Shown in pieces: positions 49,033-59,334 of a stretch of DNA of 64,000 bases. Source of the stretch: Endomicrobiia bacterium (GTDB taxonomy: Bacteria > Elusimicrobiota > Endomicrobiia > DTEH01); the NCBI GenBank assembly GCA_039630545.1, contig JBCNUU010000005.1, positions 32,001 to 96,000 of the forward strand. Reading direction: 5' to 3'. The notes under the pieces are model-generated. The model had not been told where the DNA came from. It saw only the letters and a list, made by a program, of their open reading frames with translations, and searched no databases. Position 1 is the stretch's first letter, and every line of letters starts with the position of its first letter. A program made the position numbers and the translations under genes.

Positions 49033-50322
49033 TTATTTTCTGATTATTGGCAATAATGTTGAACCATCGGGAATTATATAGCAGAGGTTTATAGTGTCTT
49101 TAAGGTATTTTTTAGCTTTTTGTATTGCTAAATTGATATTTTTTGCATAAATAAATTTTAATTTTTCTACTATTTTTTTATTTAACGAAGATATAAGGAT
49201 ACATTTATAATTATTAAGAATTTTTGCTGTAAGATAGGCTCTATGAACTTCTACTTCTATTTCGTTTTGCTTTAAAGATAGAATTTCATCTATGTCTTTT
49301 GTTAAAAGTGTATCAGCAAATATTTTTTGACCAATTCCTTCCTGACAGTTTGCTACTAATATAATTACTCCTTCCGGTTTTGTCACGATAGAGGCACAAG
49401 TTAAGCTTTTTTGTGCTTGGTAGAGGTTTATGTCTCGTGGATAACCTCCACAACTTACTATGGTTAGATCTGAAAGTTTTTTTATTTTTACTGCTGAAGT
49501 TGCTTCAAGTATTTCTATACCTTTCTTGAATACCTTTTCTAAGTTTCCACTTAATATTTTAATTAAATTTTTTTCTGAATCTTTTATGAAATTAATACAA
49601 AATATTTTGGTTTTTTGTTTTAAAAGTTGATAAGTCTCCATTATATCTTGATAAATTTTATTATTTTTTAAGTTCCCCATATATGAGGCACTATCCACGA
49701 CGAAGGAGTGGTTATATGTAATAGAATCTCTTCCAGCAACTCCAGGAAGTAAACTTTTAGCACCTCCAGAAAACCCGGCAAAAGCATGAGTATCTATTGT
49801 TCCTGTAAGAATCACTAATTGTGCGTTAATTACATATTTGTTAAGATAAATTTTATTTCCCAGAGAAGTTTCTCCTAAAAATGTAAGAAATTTTTTGTTG
49901 TCACAGTCGTGGTTTATAAATTCAAATTTTTTTACTAACTCTTCTCCATACAGTCGTATATTTTCTTCAGTAGTGTGTGGTCTATGAGTACCTGTGGCTA
50001 TGAGGAATTTTATATTTTTATGATATTTGTGAGGAATGTAGTTAATGAGTGCTTTTAAGACTTCTTTATAATAGGGCATTACTCTTGTGATGTCTGGAAT
50101 CACTATAGTTATAAGTTCAGGCTTAAGTTTGTTTAAGATGCTAATTAAAGGAGGAGTTTCTATTGGAGCATTGAGTGAGTTTTTTATAGCTGTAGAGATA
50201 TCTCTGATGATTCTACTTTTATTTTTTCTTTCTTGTTGTAAAATTTTTATATTTTTTGTGGGAATCTCAGATAACCTTAAGTCTATATTTTCAAAACCAT
50301 ATTTTAATAGAATATTCTTCAT
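49033..50322 (-). CDS. larA: Nickel-pincer lactate racemase family protein
   Basis: PDITR, ATGTHR, NHD, H.FAGFSGGAKSLLPGVA and GGYPRDINLYQAQK motifs. Confidence 0.88.
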   Translation of the reverse strand: MKNILLKYGFENIDLRLSEIPTKNIKILQQERKNKSRIIRDISTAIKNSLNAPIETPPLISILNKLKPELITIVIPDITRVMPYYKEVLKALINYIPHKYHKNIKFLIATGTHRPHTTEENIRLYGEELVKKFEFINHDCDNKKFLTFLGETSLGNKIYLNKYVINAQLVILTGTIDTHAFAGFSGGAKSLLPGVAGRDSITYNHSFVVDSASYMGNLKNNKIYQDIMETYQLLKQKTKIFCINFIKDSEKNLIKILSGNLEKVFKKGIEILEATSAVKIKKLSDLTIVSCGGYPRDINLYQAQKSLTCASIVTKPEGVIILVANCQEGIGQKIFADTLLTKDIDEILSLKQNEIEVEVHRAYLTAKILNNYKCILISSLNKKIVEKLKFIYAKNINLAIQKAKKYLKDTINLCYIIPDGSTLLPIIRK

Positions 50323-50335
50323 TTTCCATACAAAC

Positions 50336-50407
50336 TGCCCCTAGGAGGAATTGAACCTCCATACTCCCGTCCGGAGCGGGATGCTTTATCCGTTAAGCTA
50401 TAGGGGC
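50336..50407 (-). tRNA. tRNA-Arg (anticodon CCG), CCA not encoded
   Basis: Cloverleaf: acceptor GCCCCTA/TAGGGGC, D stem GCTT/AAGC with A20, anticodon arm TCCCG-CTCCGGA-CGGGA, T arm GGAGG-TTCAATT-CCTCC. Confidence 0.95.
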
Positions 50408-50411
50408 TTTT

Positions 50412-53030
50412 TTATTGTGTAAGAATGTTTAAAATTGTGTGGATAGATATAGGTTTTTCTTCTATAATACTTCCTCCCCCTTGCACAAAATCATCTCTAC
50501 CGGCTAGTCTAATGTTTAGATTCTTAGATATCTTTTCGGCAAACTTTTGTGAGGTTAGTCCTTGTTGGATTAGTGTTGGAGTTGTTCTTATTACTATTGA
50601 AATTTTTTCTTTTTGTGTTGAATACAAAACTACTAAGTAAGGTTCTTTTTCATATTTTCTAATTATTTCGTCTGAAAGTGTCCTTAATTGTCTAAGTTCT
50701 ATATCTGGTATGTGTTTTATGTAAAATTTTATTCCATTCAGTTCCTGTGAAATTTCCTGTGAGTGTTGAGATGTTAAGTTTAATTTTATGTTTTCAATTT
50801 CTTTTTGCAACTTTTTATTTTCCTGAATTAATTTTTCAATTTTAAATTTTATTTCTTCCAGATTTGTAGTGCCTAACATATATCCTATCTCAGATAAGAT
50901 TTTTGAAAGATTGTCAATATAATAAGAAACTTTTTCTCCACAAATAGCTTCAATTCTTCTTATGTTAGTCCCTACGGAGGTTTCAGACAGTATTTTAAAA
51001 ATTCCTATCTCTCCTGTGTTAGAACAATGTGTTCCACCACAAAGTTCTATACTATAGGGAGGTTTTATAATTCTATCATTTTCTATTTTACCTCCTATTG
51101 CTATTACACGAACTTGCTGTTGATATTTTTCTTCAAAAAGAGCAGTTGCTCCTAATTTTTTTGCTTTTTCAAGGTCAGTATGAATTACCTCTACCGGAAG
51201 ACATTCAAGTATTTTTTGGTTTACAATTTTTTCAATCTGAGAAATTTCATCGCTGGACAATGCTTTCCAGTGAATAAAATCAAACCTGAAGTAATTATCT
51301 GCTACTAAAGATCCGGATTGTGTTGCATGTTCTCCTAGTATTTCCTTTAGCGCTTTATGTAATAGGTGAGTAGCTGTGTGATGCCTCATTATATTTTTTC
51401 TTTTTTGTATGTTTACTTTAAGTATAAAATCAGAGTTAGTTTCTATTTCCTGGTAAAGATAAGCAATATGGACCGTTCTGTTTTCTATTTTTTTTGTATC
51501 TTTTACTTCTGCTACAATTTTATTATCTAAAGTTTCTATAGTTCCACTATCACCTATTTGACCTCCCGACTCACCATAAAATGTTGTAATATCAAAGATT
51601 AATTCTACCTCTTCATTTTTTGATGCTTTATTTATAACTTTTGTGTCTTTAATTATACCTAAAAGTTTAGCCTTAGTTGAGAATTCTTCATATCCTATGA
51701 ATTTTGTCTGCGGGAATAAGAGATATATATCTTTATTTACTACTTTTACTCCTTTCCAGCTTGCTTTTGAAATATCCTTTGATTTTTTTTGAATTTCTAA
51801 AAATTCTTTTTCATTATAAGAAAGATTTTTTTCTTTTAATATCTCATCAATCAATTCTTTTGGAAAACCATATGTATCGTATAATTTAAACACTACATCT
51901 GCAGGGATTATATCTTTATATTTTTTTGTTAATTCATCTATGAGCTTTATCCCTTCGTCTAGTGTTTCTAAAAATTTTTCTTCTTCAGATTTGATAATAA
52001 CAGATACTTTCTCTCTATGTAATTCTATTTCAGGATATACACTCCTCATTATCTCTACGACTTTTGGGACAAGTTTGTATAAAATTGGTTTATTATAGTT
52101 TAACAATTTTACATACCTTAAAGCACGGCGAATTATTTTCCTTATCACATATCCTCTGGATTCATTAGAGGGTAAAATTCCTTCGGATATAGCAAATGTT
52201 GCTGCTCTTATGTGGTCAGATATAGCATTAATGTAAATGTCAAAATTCTCTGAATTTGAAGATATGTATTTTTTAAATTCTTCTTTTATTGGCATGAAAA
52301 GATCGGTCTCAAATACACTTTTTAAGTTATTTACTACCATGCATAATCGTTCAAGTCCCATGCCTGTATCAATATTTTTTTGTTTTAAAGGAACAAGTTT
52401 GCCGTCTTTTTGTAGATCAAATTGAGTAAACACTAGATTCCAGACCTCTAAAAATCTATCACAGCCACACTGTGGTCCACAATCAGGTTTTTTACATCCA
52501 AATTCATCTCCCAAATCATAAAGAATCTCAGAACATGGACCACAGGGACCACTGTCTCCCATTTTCCAGAAGTTAGTTTCTTCTGAAAGTTTATATATTT
52601 TACTTGTAGGTAAAATTTTTGACCAAATTTCATATGCTTCATCATCATCTTTATATACAGTAATATATAAGCGAGTTCTATCTAAATTTACAACATTGCA
52701 TATAAACTCCCATGCCCAATGAATTGCTTCTTTTTTAAAATAATCACCAAAAGAAAAATTCCCGAGCATTTCAAAAAATGTAAGATGTCTTATTGTATGT
52801 CCAACTTTTTCTATGTCAGATGTTCTTAGACATTTCTGTATAGAGCAAGCACGTTTTAGCCCTGTCTTTTTAGCCAGAAAATAATCTTTAAACTGGACCA
52901 TCCCTGCAGAAGTAAAAAGAAGAGTTGGATCTGAAGAAGGGATAAGGGAATCGGAGTTAAAAACTATATGATTTAAAGATCCAAAGTATTCAATAAATTT
53001 TTTTCTTATTTCTGTTGAAGTTATCTTCAT
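50412..53030 (-). CDS. alaS: Alanine-tRNA ligase
   Basis: LLFTSAGM, H.TFFEMLGNFSFGDYFK, IDTGMGLER, HTATHLL and ELCGGTH motifs; start moved to MKITSTEIR. Confidence 0.97.
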   Translation of the reverse strand: MKITSTEIRKKFIEYFGSLNHIVFNSDSLIPSSDPTLLFTSAGMVQFKDYFLAKKTGLKRACSIQKCLRTSDIEKVGHTIRHLTFFEMLGNFSFGDYFKKEAIHWAWEFICNVVNLDRTRLYITVYKDDDEAYEIWSKILPTSKIYKLSEETNFWKMGDSGPCGPCSEILYDLGDEFGCKKPDCGPQCGCDRFLEVWNLVFTQFDLQKDGKLVPLKQKNIDTGMGLERLCMVVNNLKSVFETDLFMPIKEEFKKYISSNSENFDIYINAISDHIRAATFAISEGILPSNESRGYVIRKIIRRALRYVKLLNYNKPILYKLVPKVVEIMRSVYPEIELHREKVSVIIKSEEEKFLETLDEGIKLIDELTKKYKDIIPADVVFKLYDTYGFPKELIDEILKEKNLSYNEKEFLEIQKKSKDISKASWKGVKVVNKDIYLLFPQTKFIGYEEFSTKAKLLGIIKDTKVINKASKNEEVELIFDITTFYGESGGQIGDSGTIETLDNKIVAEVKDTKKIENRTVHIAYLYQEIETNSDFILKVNIQKRKNIMRHHTATHLLHKALKEILGEHATQSGSLVADNYFRFDFIHWKALSSDEISQIEKIVNQKILECLPVEVIHTDLEKAKKLGATALFEEKYQQQVRVIAIGGKIENDRIIKPPYSIELCGGTHCSNTGEIGIFKILSETSVGTNIRRIEAICGEKVSYYIDNLSKILSEIGYMLGTTNLEEIKFKIEKLIQENKKLQKEIENIKLNLTSQHSQEISQELNGIKFYIKHIPDIELRQLRTLSDEIIRKYEKEPYLVVLYSTQKEKISIVIRTTPTLIQQGLTSQKFAEKISKNLNIRLAGRDDFVQGGGSIIEEKPISIHTILNILTQ

Positions 53031-54220
53031 TTTAAATAAGTTATAATTATAAATATAGATATTATTAAACTGGCCCATGGAAGCAAAGTATTTACTAGCC
53101 ACTGACCAGTAACTAAAGGTTTTTTAGGCACATAAATTACATCTCCAGGTTGTAATTTTTTGTTATACTTTAATTCCCCTTTAAATAGTTTTTTTCCATT
53201 TATGTCAATCACTTCTCTGGAACCATCAGGGTTTTCTCTAAAAATTCTTATGGTTGTCAGATTTGCGATATCTGTTGGACCACCAGCTAAACTCAGAGCT
53301 TTTAATAAATCTAAATCATCCTGCCATTCAAAATTTCTAGGATTTATCACAGAGCCTATTACTGAGATGGATTTTAGTTGTTTTGGAACCTCTATTATAT
53401 CTGCTGGTTCTAACAATACATCTTTTGATGTATCCATCATAATTTCTTCAAAATTTACCAGTATAGTTTTTTGTTTTCCTTTCTTTATTCTATGAATTCT
53501 TATATTTTTTGTTCCAGCATCAGGAGTAAATCCACCTGCACAAGAAATTATTTCCAGTAATTTTAATCCATCATAATATTGATAACCTCCGGGATTTCTT
53601 ACTTCTCCTATAATAAAAACTTGCTTTTTAGCAAAATATCTTATTGCAATACTTACTTTTGGTTTTGAAATATATACCGAAAGGTTTTTTTCTAAAAGGT
53701 TCTGTAATTCTTTTATAGTTAAACCTTCAACTTTTAGTTTTCCAATTAAAGGAAAAGATATTTTACCATCTGGTAATACAATTACTTCAGTAGATAACTC
53801 CTCTGTTGGAAATACACTAATATATAAAATATCGCCAGTAGAAATTCTATATTTCTCATCTTCAATAATCTTTTTGAATTCTTTTTTTTCTTCATCGATG
53901 TTAGGATTTTTTAACAAAGCTTCTGCTGTTGAGGTGGATAATGAAGTTGTCGTTTTTGAAGATTTCTCTTTTTCCAGTTGAAGTTTTAAAGTTTCAATTT
54001 CCTTTGTTAATTTTGAAAGATCTAAATTTGTAGTTTTATACTTTTGATATATTCTGTCCAGAATATATAATTTGTCATTTGTGGTAAGATCTTTTCTTTG
54101 AGATGCTATTTTATAATAATAGTTTAAATCAGATTCTAAATCTTTTTGAGTATAATTTTTAGAATAGGAGATGCTTGCTATTATTACACTGAATATTAAT
54201 ATTATAAACAAATCTTTCAT
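53027..54220 (-). CDS. Polysaccharide export (Wza-like Poly_export plus SLBB) protein
   Basis: YRISTGD.L.I.V, PDGKISFPLIG, GEVRNPG, L.PGDVIYVP motifs and a C-terminal helix. Confidence 0.8.
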   Translation of the reverse strand: MKDLFIILIFSVIIASISYSKNYTQKDLESDLNYYYKIASQRKDLTTNDKLYILDRIYQKYKTTNLDLSKLTKEIETLKLQLEKEKSSKTTTSLSTSTAEALLKNPNIDEEKKEFKKIIEDEKYRISTGDILYISVFPTEELSTEVIVLPDGKISFPLIGKLKVEGLTIKELQNLLEKNLSVYISKPKVSIAIRYFAKKQVFIIGEVRNPGGYQYYDGLKLLEIISCAGGFTPDAGTKNIRIHRIKKGKQKTILVNFEEIMMDTSKDVLLEPADIIEVPKQLKSISVIGSVINPRNFEWQDDLDLLKALSLAGGPTDIANLTTIRIFRENPDGSREVIDINGKKLFKGELKYNKKLQPGDVIYVPKKPLVTGQWLVNTLLPWASLIISIFIIITYLK

Positions 54221-54243
54221 ATATTTCTATTTATATAATTAAA

Positions 54244-55014
54244 TTAAAATTTTTCAACTTTGTTTTTAAAAGTTCTATAGATTTCATATAAAATAATTCC
54301 ACAACTAACACTTACATTTAATGACTGCATTTTTGAAGAATGTTCAATAGTTATTATTCCATCACACTCGTTTAAGATGTTTTTTCTTATACCTTTTTCT
54401 TCGTTACCAAAAACTATACCTATATTATTTAACTTTGATATTTCTGATATTTCTGTGAGATTTGTCTGTGAAAAACTACTTTCTTTAGGTACGGTTGCAT
54501 ATATCCAGAAATTTATTTTTTTTAGTTCTACTATAGCGTGATGGATATTTTTTACTTTTACTATATCTAAGTTATATATCCCTCCTTTAGATACTTCAAT
54601 TACTGATTGTGTGATTGGCACTTGATTCCATTGTTGAATAAAAATACCATCCACATCAAATGCAGAAGATGTTCTAATTATTGCTCCAAAATTTTGTGGG
54701 TCTTTTATTTCGTCAAGTAATACCACGAGATTTTTTTCTTTTTTCTTTGTTTTGTTTATAAATTCATCTATAGTTAAATACTTCACAGGTGAGGTAATTA
54801 AAAGAACTCCACTGTATCCTTGATTAAAAATGTCTAGGATTTTTTGTTTTGGAACAGACAAAAAAGATACTTTTTTATTTTTAGCAATTTCAATTATTTC
54901 TTTTATATCCGAACCACTAGCATTATTTGCTATATAAAGTTTAGAAACATATTGAGGTGAATTTTTTATTATTTCTTTTATTAGTTTTTTTGATGTTAAA
55001 AAATTTTCTGCCAT
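54244..55014 (-). CDS. rlmB: TrmH/SpoU-family RNA methyltransferase (RlmB-like)
   Basis: DPQNFGAIIRT, GNEEKG and SLNVSV motifs; follows cysS. Confidence 0.8.
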   Translation of the reverse strand: MAENFLTSKKLIKEIIKNSPQYVSKLYIANNASGSDIKEIIEIAKNKKVSFLSVPKQKILDIFNQGYSGVLLITSPVKYLTIDEFINKTKKKEKNLVVLLDEIKDPQNFGAIIRTSSAFDVDGIFIQQWNQVPITQSVIEVSKGGIYNLDIVKVKNIHHAIVELKKINFWIYATVPKESSFSQTNLTEISEISKLNNIGIVFGNEEKGIRKNILNECDGIITIEHSSKMQSLNVSVSCGIILYEIYRTFKNKVEKF

Positions 55015-55016
55015 AT

Positions 55017-56408
55017 TTATTGCTTAGGCCTAACCTTAGGGCCATAATGAGTGTCTTCAACTATATACCCTAAAGATAGAATTTTTTGTCTTATCTGATC
55101 TGCTTTTTGGTACTCTTTGTGTTTTCTTGCAATTTCTCTTTCTAAAAGTAACTCTTTTATCTGCTGAGGTATTTCTATTTGTGTTGGAATTTCTATTCCT
55201 AGGATGTTCAACATACCTAAAAATTTTTCATATAAGTATTGAAAATCTGTTTTATTTTTAGAGTCTAAACTAAATATTAGTGATACCAACTTGTGAACTG
55301 CAGCTAAAGCTGCCGGTGTGTTGAGATTTTCTTCCATAGCCTTTTCAAATTCTTTTATGATTTCTTCTGTCTGTGATTTAACTAAATTGTTAACTGAATC
55401 TGTCTCATAAGATAAGTTTTTTATTTTTAGTTCTAATTCTTCAGAGGCATTAGTAAATTTTTGAATAACACTTTTATATTGTGGAAGCTCATTTAATGAA
55501 AAATCAACAGGTTTTTGATAATGTTGAGAAATTAAAAATAATCTTATTACATTAGGAGGAAAAAGTAAAAATAGATCTTTGAGTGCGAATATATTTTTTA
55601 ATGATTTAGACATCTTCTGTTTATTTACTGTGACAAAACCATTGTGTAACCAATAGTTTACAAAAGTTTTTCCAGTAAGAGTTTCAGACTGAGCAATTTC
55701 ATTTTCATGATGTGGAAAAATAAGATCCTGTCCTCCTCCATGAATGTCTAAAGTTTCACCCAGATATTTCATACTCATTACAGAACATTCTATATGCCAT
55801 CCAGGTCTTCCCTTCCCCCAAGGCGAGTCCCATGATGGTTCATTTTTGTCTTTTTGAAACTTCCACAATACAAAATCTAAAGGAGAAAGTTTTGTTTCAT
55901 CTATTTCTATTCTCATACCAGCTACAAGTTCGTTTAGGTTTCTTTTTGAGAGTTTTCCATAATCTTTAAATTTTTGTACATTGAAGTAAACTCCAGTGGT
56001 GGTTATATAGGCTACATCTTTTTTTATAAGTTTATCTATAGCTAAAATAATATCCTCTATATGTTCAGAAACTTTTGGATAAAAATCGGCTGGAATTATG
56101 TTTAGTTTTTTTTCTACTTCAAAATATGAAGAAATATAATATTCTGTTAAATCTTTAATTGATTGATTTGTTTGCTTTGATTTTTCTATTATTTTGTCAT
56201 CAATGTCAGTAAAATTCTGAATAGATTTTATGCTATAACCTTTGTATTTTAAATATCTTTTCACTACATCAAAAAATACATAGCATCTGGCATGACCAAG
56301 GTGTGTATCGTCATATGGAGTTATTCCGCACACATATATCTTTACTATTTTATCTTGTTGTGGTTTAAATAATTCTAATTGTTGAGAGAGAGTATTGTAT
56401 ATTTTCAT
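55017..56408 (-). CDS. cysS: Cysteine-tRNA ligase
   Basis: [21 protein letters not shown] and KMSKS motifs. Confidence 0.97.
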   Translation of the reverse strand: MKIYNTLSQQLELFKPQQDKIVKIYVCGITPYDDTHLGHARCYVFFDVVKRYLKYKGYSIKSIQNFTDIDDKIIEKSKQTNQSIKDLTEYYISSYFEVEKKLNIIPADFYPKVSEHIEDIILAIDKLIKKDVAYITTTGVYFNVQKFKDYGKLSKRNLNELVAGMRIEIDETKLSPLDFVLWKFQKDKNEPSWDSPWGKGRPGWHIECSVMSMKYLGETLDIHGGGQDLIFPHHENEIAQSETLTGKTFVNYWLHNGFVTVNKQKMSKSLKNIFALKDLFLLFPPNVIRLFLISQHYQKPVDFSLNELPQYKSVIQKFTNASEELELKIKNLSYETDSVNNLVKSQTEEIIKEFEKAMEENLNTPAALAAVHKLVSLIFSLDSKNKTDFQYLYEKFLGMLNILGIEIPTQIEIPQQIKELLLEREIARKHKEYQKADQIRQKILSLGYIVEDTHYGPKVRPKQ

Positions 56409-56866
56409 TTTTTAACAAGAACTACACTATAACATTGTATATAATTTTTAAAACATTTAATTTCTTCTGTTGTTTTTGCCTTTATATTTATTTTTTCTGC
56501 CAGAAAAATTTTTTTTAAAGAAGATAAAATTTTTTCTTTATGTTTTGAGATATTTGGTTTGTCACATATTAAGACTATATCTATGTTTGATATTTTCATC
56601 TTTTTTGCCTTTAGAAATCTTAACACTTTTTTTGCAATTTCTATGCTAGAAATATTTTTATATCGAGGTATATTTGGAAAAATTTCTCCTATATCTTTTT
56701 CTCCTGCTGCAGAAAGTAAAGCATCACATATAGAATGAAGTACTACATCACCATCTGAATGGCCCTCAAGCCCAAAGTTTTCTTCTATTTGTATACCTCC
56801 TAAAAAAAGTTTCCTTTTTTTAACTATTTTGTGAGAATCGTACCCTAATCCCACTATATAGTTCAT
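56405..56866 (-). CDS. ispF: 2-C-methyl-D-erythritol 2,4-cyclodiphosphate synthase
   Basis: GLGYDSH, GHSDGDV..H, DIG..F and KAKTTE motifs. Confidence 0.92.
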   Translation of the reverse strand: MNYIVGLGYDSHKIVKKRKLFLGGIQIEENFGLEGHSDGDVVLHSICDALLSAAGEKDIGEIFPNIPRYKNISSIEIAKKVLRFLKAKKMKISNIDIVLICDKPNISKHKEKILSSLKKIFLAEKINIKAKTTEEIKCFKNYIQCYSVVLVKK

Positions 56867-57558
56867 CTTTTTAAATAAGATAAAAGTTTAGTTAATTCTA
56901 TATCTTGCTTAGTAGTTATTTTTATATTCGTTTTTTCTCCAGGTATTACTTTAATTTTATATCCCTCCAGTTCTGCTAGTTGTGAGTCATCTGTAATTTT
57001 TACTTTTTTTGTCCACTTGTATAAGATTTTTTTTGAATAAATATGATCAAACACTTCTTTTCTAAATACTTGAGGCGTCTGAACTAATACCAAATGTTCT
57101 CTTTTTAAAGTTTTAATAACAAATTTTGAATTTATAGATTTAATAGTATCCACAACAGGTACAACAGGAACTACACAATCATAAAATTTTATTTCTTTTA
57201 AACATTTGTTAATTAAATCAGTACTTACAAAAGGTCTGGCAACATCGTGTATCAAAACAAATTTTACATCTTTGTCAATATATTTTGTAGCATTAAATAC
57301 TGAGTCATATCTTTCTTTCCCACCAAAGACAATTTTTATGTCTTCTGTTTTCTTTAGAGAGACTATGTTATTTACTTTTTTAAGATCATTTTTGTCTATT
57401 ACCAGTATAATTTGAGAAAAACATTTTAACTTATAAAATTTCTCTAACACATATTCTAATAATGGCTTATTTTCAATTTTTAAAAATTGTTTTTTTGTTG
57501 AAAATTGAAATCTTTTGCTTTTTCCTGCAGCAAGTAAAATAGCTGAAATTTTCTCCAT
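56863..57558 (-). CDS. ispD: 2-C-methyl-D-erythritol 4-phosphate cytidylyltransferase
   Basis: LAAG.S.R, GG.ER..SV, IHDVARP, QTPQ, TDD and NIKIT motifs. Confidence 0.93.
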   Translation of the reverse strand: MEKISAILLAAGKSKRFQFSTKKQFLKIENKPLLEYVLEKFYKLKCFSQIILVIDKNDLKKVNNIVSLKKTEDIKIVFGGKERYDSVFNATKYIDKDVKFVLIHDVARPFVSTDLINKCLKEIKFYDCVVPVVPVVDTIKSINSKFVIKTLKREHLVLVQTPQVFRKEVFDHIYSKKILYKWTKKVKITDDSQLAELEGYKIKVIPGEKTNIKITTKQDIELTKLLSYLKR

Positions 57559-57563
57559 AAAAA

Positions 57564-58532
57564 TTATAATGGTTTAGTAAAAATAATTCTGCCCGAAGGA
57601 GTTTGAAGTGTTGAGGTTACAATCACATCTATTTTTTTGTTTATAAATTTTCTTCCATCTTCTATTACTACCATTGTCCCATCATCTAAATATCCCACTC
57701 CTTGATTATAATCTTTGCCTTCTTTGATTACATGTATTGAAAAACTTTCTCCTGGCAGAAATACAGGTTTAAGAGCGTTTGATAGTTCATTTATATTCAA
57801 TACAGTTATGTTTTCTAACGAAGCGATTCTGTTAAGGTTATAATCAACGGTTAAAATTTTAGCTCCAATCTCCTTTGCTAATTTTATAAGTTTAGCATCA
57901 GTTTCTTTTATATTTGGATAATCAATTTCTATTATGCTTATAGCATTTTCTTCTTTGAGTTTATTTAACATTTCCAGGCCTCTTTTTGCTCTTATACGTT
58001 TGTTGTGTTCTTGTGAATCAGCTAAAAGATGAAGTTCATGAAGGACAAATCTTGGAATTAAAAGTGGCGTATCTAAAAATTTAGTAGCTACTATATCTAC
58101 TATTCTGCCATCAATAATCATAGATGTGTCTAATAAAACGAGGTTGTGTCTTGTTGATTTTGACTTTTTTATTATATCTTTATCTAATAAATCAATTTCA
58201 GATTTTTTCTGTATTGCTATCATTAAGCCTAAATATGCAAAGCCAATTCTTATAAGCCATAAAAATTTTCTAAAAATATCCGACACAGCAGGTTCTTCTA
58301 AAAGAAATACTAAATAATCTATCAACTGTGCTGTTATAAGACCTAAAACTATTCCTATTATGGCAATTATTAAAGTGTCTAGTTTTATTTTAGAAATAAT
58401 GAATTCTAATATAAAAACAACAACTCCAAATATAACTCCCACCAGTATACCGTATATATTTTTTTGTATCAAAAATCCTATAATACCGCTTAAAAATACA
58501 ACTACTGCTCTTAAAATCCAAAACAATTTCAT
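57564..58532 (-). CDS. yacL: PIN/TRAM-domain membrane protein (YacL-like)
   Basis: DTS.IIDGRI, GK..QGVGYLDDGTMVV and LQT..GRIIF motifs; upstream of ispD. Confidence 0.88.
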   Translation of the reverse strand: MKLFWILRAVVVFLSGIIGFLIQKNIYGILVGVIFGVVVFILEFIISKIKLDTLIIAIIGIVLGLITAQLIDYLVFLLEEPAVSDIFRKFLWLIRIGFAYLGLMIAIQKKSEIDLLDKDIIKKSKSTRHNLVLLDTSMIIDGRIVDIVATKFLDTPLLIPRFVLHELHLLADSQEHNKRIRAKRGLEMLNKLKEENAISIIEIDYPNIKETDAKLIKLAKEIGAKILTVDYNLNRIASLENITVLNINELSNALKPVFLPGESFSIHVIKEGKDYNQGVGYLDDGTMVVIEDGRKFINKKIDVIVTSTLQTPSGRIIFTKPL

Positions 58533-58542
58533 AAATTCCTCC

Positions 58543-59244
58543 TCAGTTATGTGTTAATTTTATATCTGCTAAATTTTTAACTAGAAAATCTGGATGGACA
58601 GTTTTTAGCTTTTTAAGTGAATAGGTATGAGCCACACCTATTGTTATAAATCCAGCAGCTTTTGCTGCATTTATTCCATTTATTGAGTCTTCTATTACAT
58701 ATATTTGTTCATTTTTTATTTTTTTATTTAATTTTTTTTCCAGTTTATTTTTTGCTACTATATACGGTTCTGGCGAAGGTTTTCCATTTTTAACATCTTC
58801 TGCAGAGACTATTATACTGAACATTTTTTGAATTTTAAGTTTTTTTAAGATGTACAAAATTTCTTGCTTTAAAGCTCCAGATACAATACAAAGTTGTATG
58901 TTATAGAGTTTTTTGATATTATTTATAAACTTTAGTGTGTCCGGGAAGAATTCAAAACCATTAGTTTTAAGTTGTTTCATTAAGATTCTGTTTTTTTGTT
59001 TTATTAGCTTTTTTATCTGTGCTTTAGAAATTTCTTTATTTTGTTTTATTAAAAAAACTTTTTTAAAACAGCCTTTATCGTCATATGCTAAGTACTCTTT
59101 TAGGTATTCTTTTTTTGAAACATTTATATTAAAATTTTTTAATACTTGGTTAAAAGCTCTGAAATGCAACCATTCTGTATTAGCTATTACACCATCAAAA
59201 TCGAAAAATATTGCTTTACAATTTTCAAAAGGTATTCTTTTCAT
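58543..59244 (-). CDS. HAD-family phosphatase (beta-PGM/CbbY-like)
   Basis: FDFDGV, GKPSPEPY and IEDS..GI.AA..AG motifs. Confidence 0.88.
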   Translation of the reverse strand: MKRIPFENCKAIFFDFDGVIANTEWLHFRAFNQVLKNFNINVSKKEYLKEYLAYDDKGCFKKVFLIKQNKEISKAQIKKLIKQKNRILMKQLKTNGFEFFPDTLKFINNIKKLYNIQLCIVSGALKQEILYILKKLKIQKMFSIIVSAEDVKNGKPSPEPYIVAKNKLEKKLNKKIKNEQIYVIEDSINGINAAKAAGFITIGVAHTYSLKKLKTVHPDFLVKNLADIKLTHN

Positions 59245-59334
59245 AAATTATTTATTTACAAGATGTTGAGAATTAATTCAATATTTTATAAAAAACAACC
59301 TTGTTAGATTTTAAAAAATAGGAGGAAAAAATTA

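Noticed and set aside
43602..50335. Genomic island integrated at the tRNA-Arg 3' end
   Set aside because: No integrase and no duplicated tRNA 3' end (att site) were seen.
59245..59334. GlnR/TnrA box upstream of glnA
   Set aside because: Only a half site (TGTTA) is present with no matching TNACA; the GAATTAATTC palindrome is too AT-rich to call.
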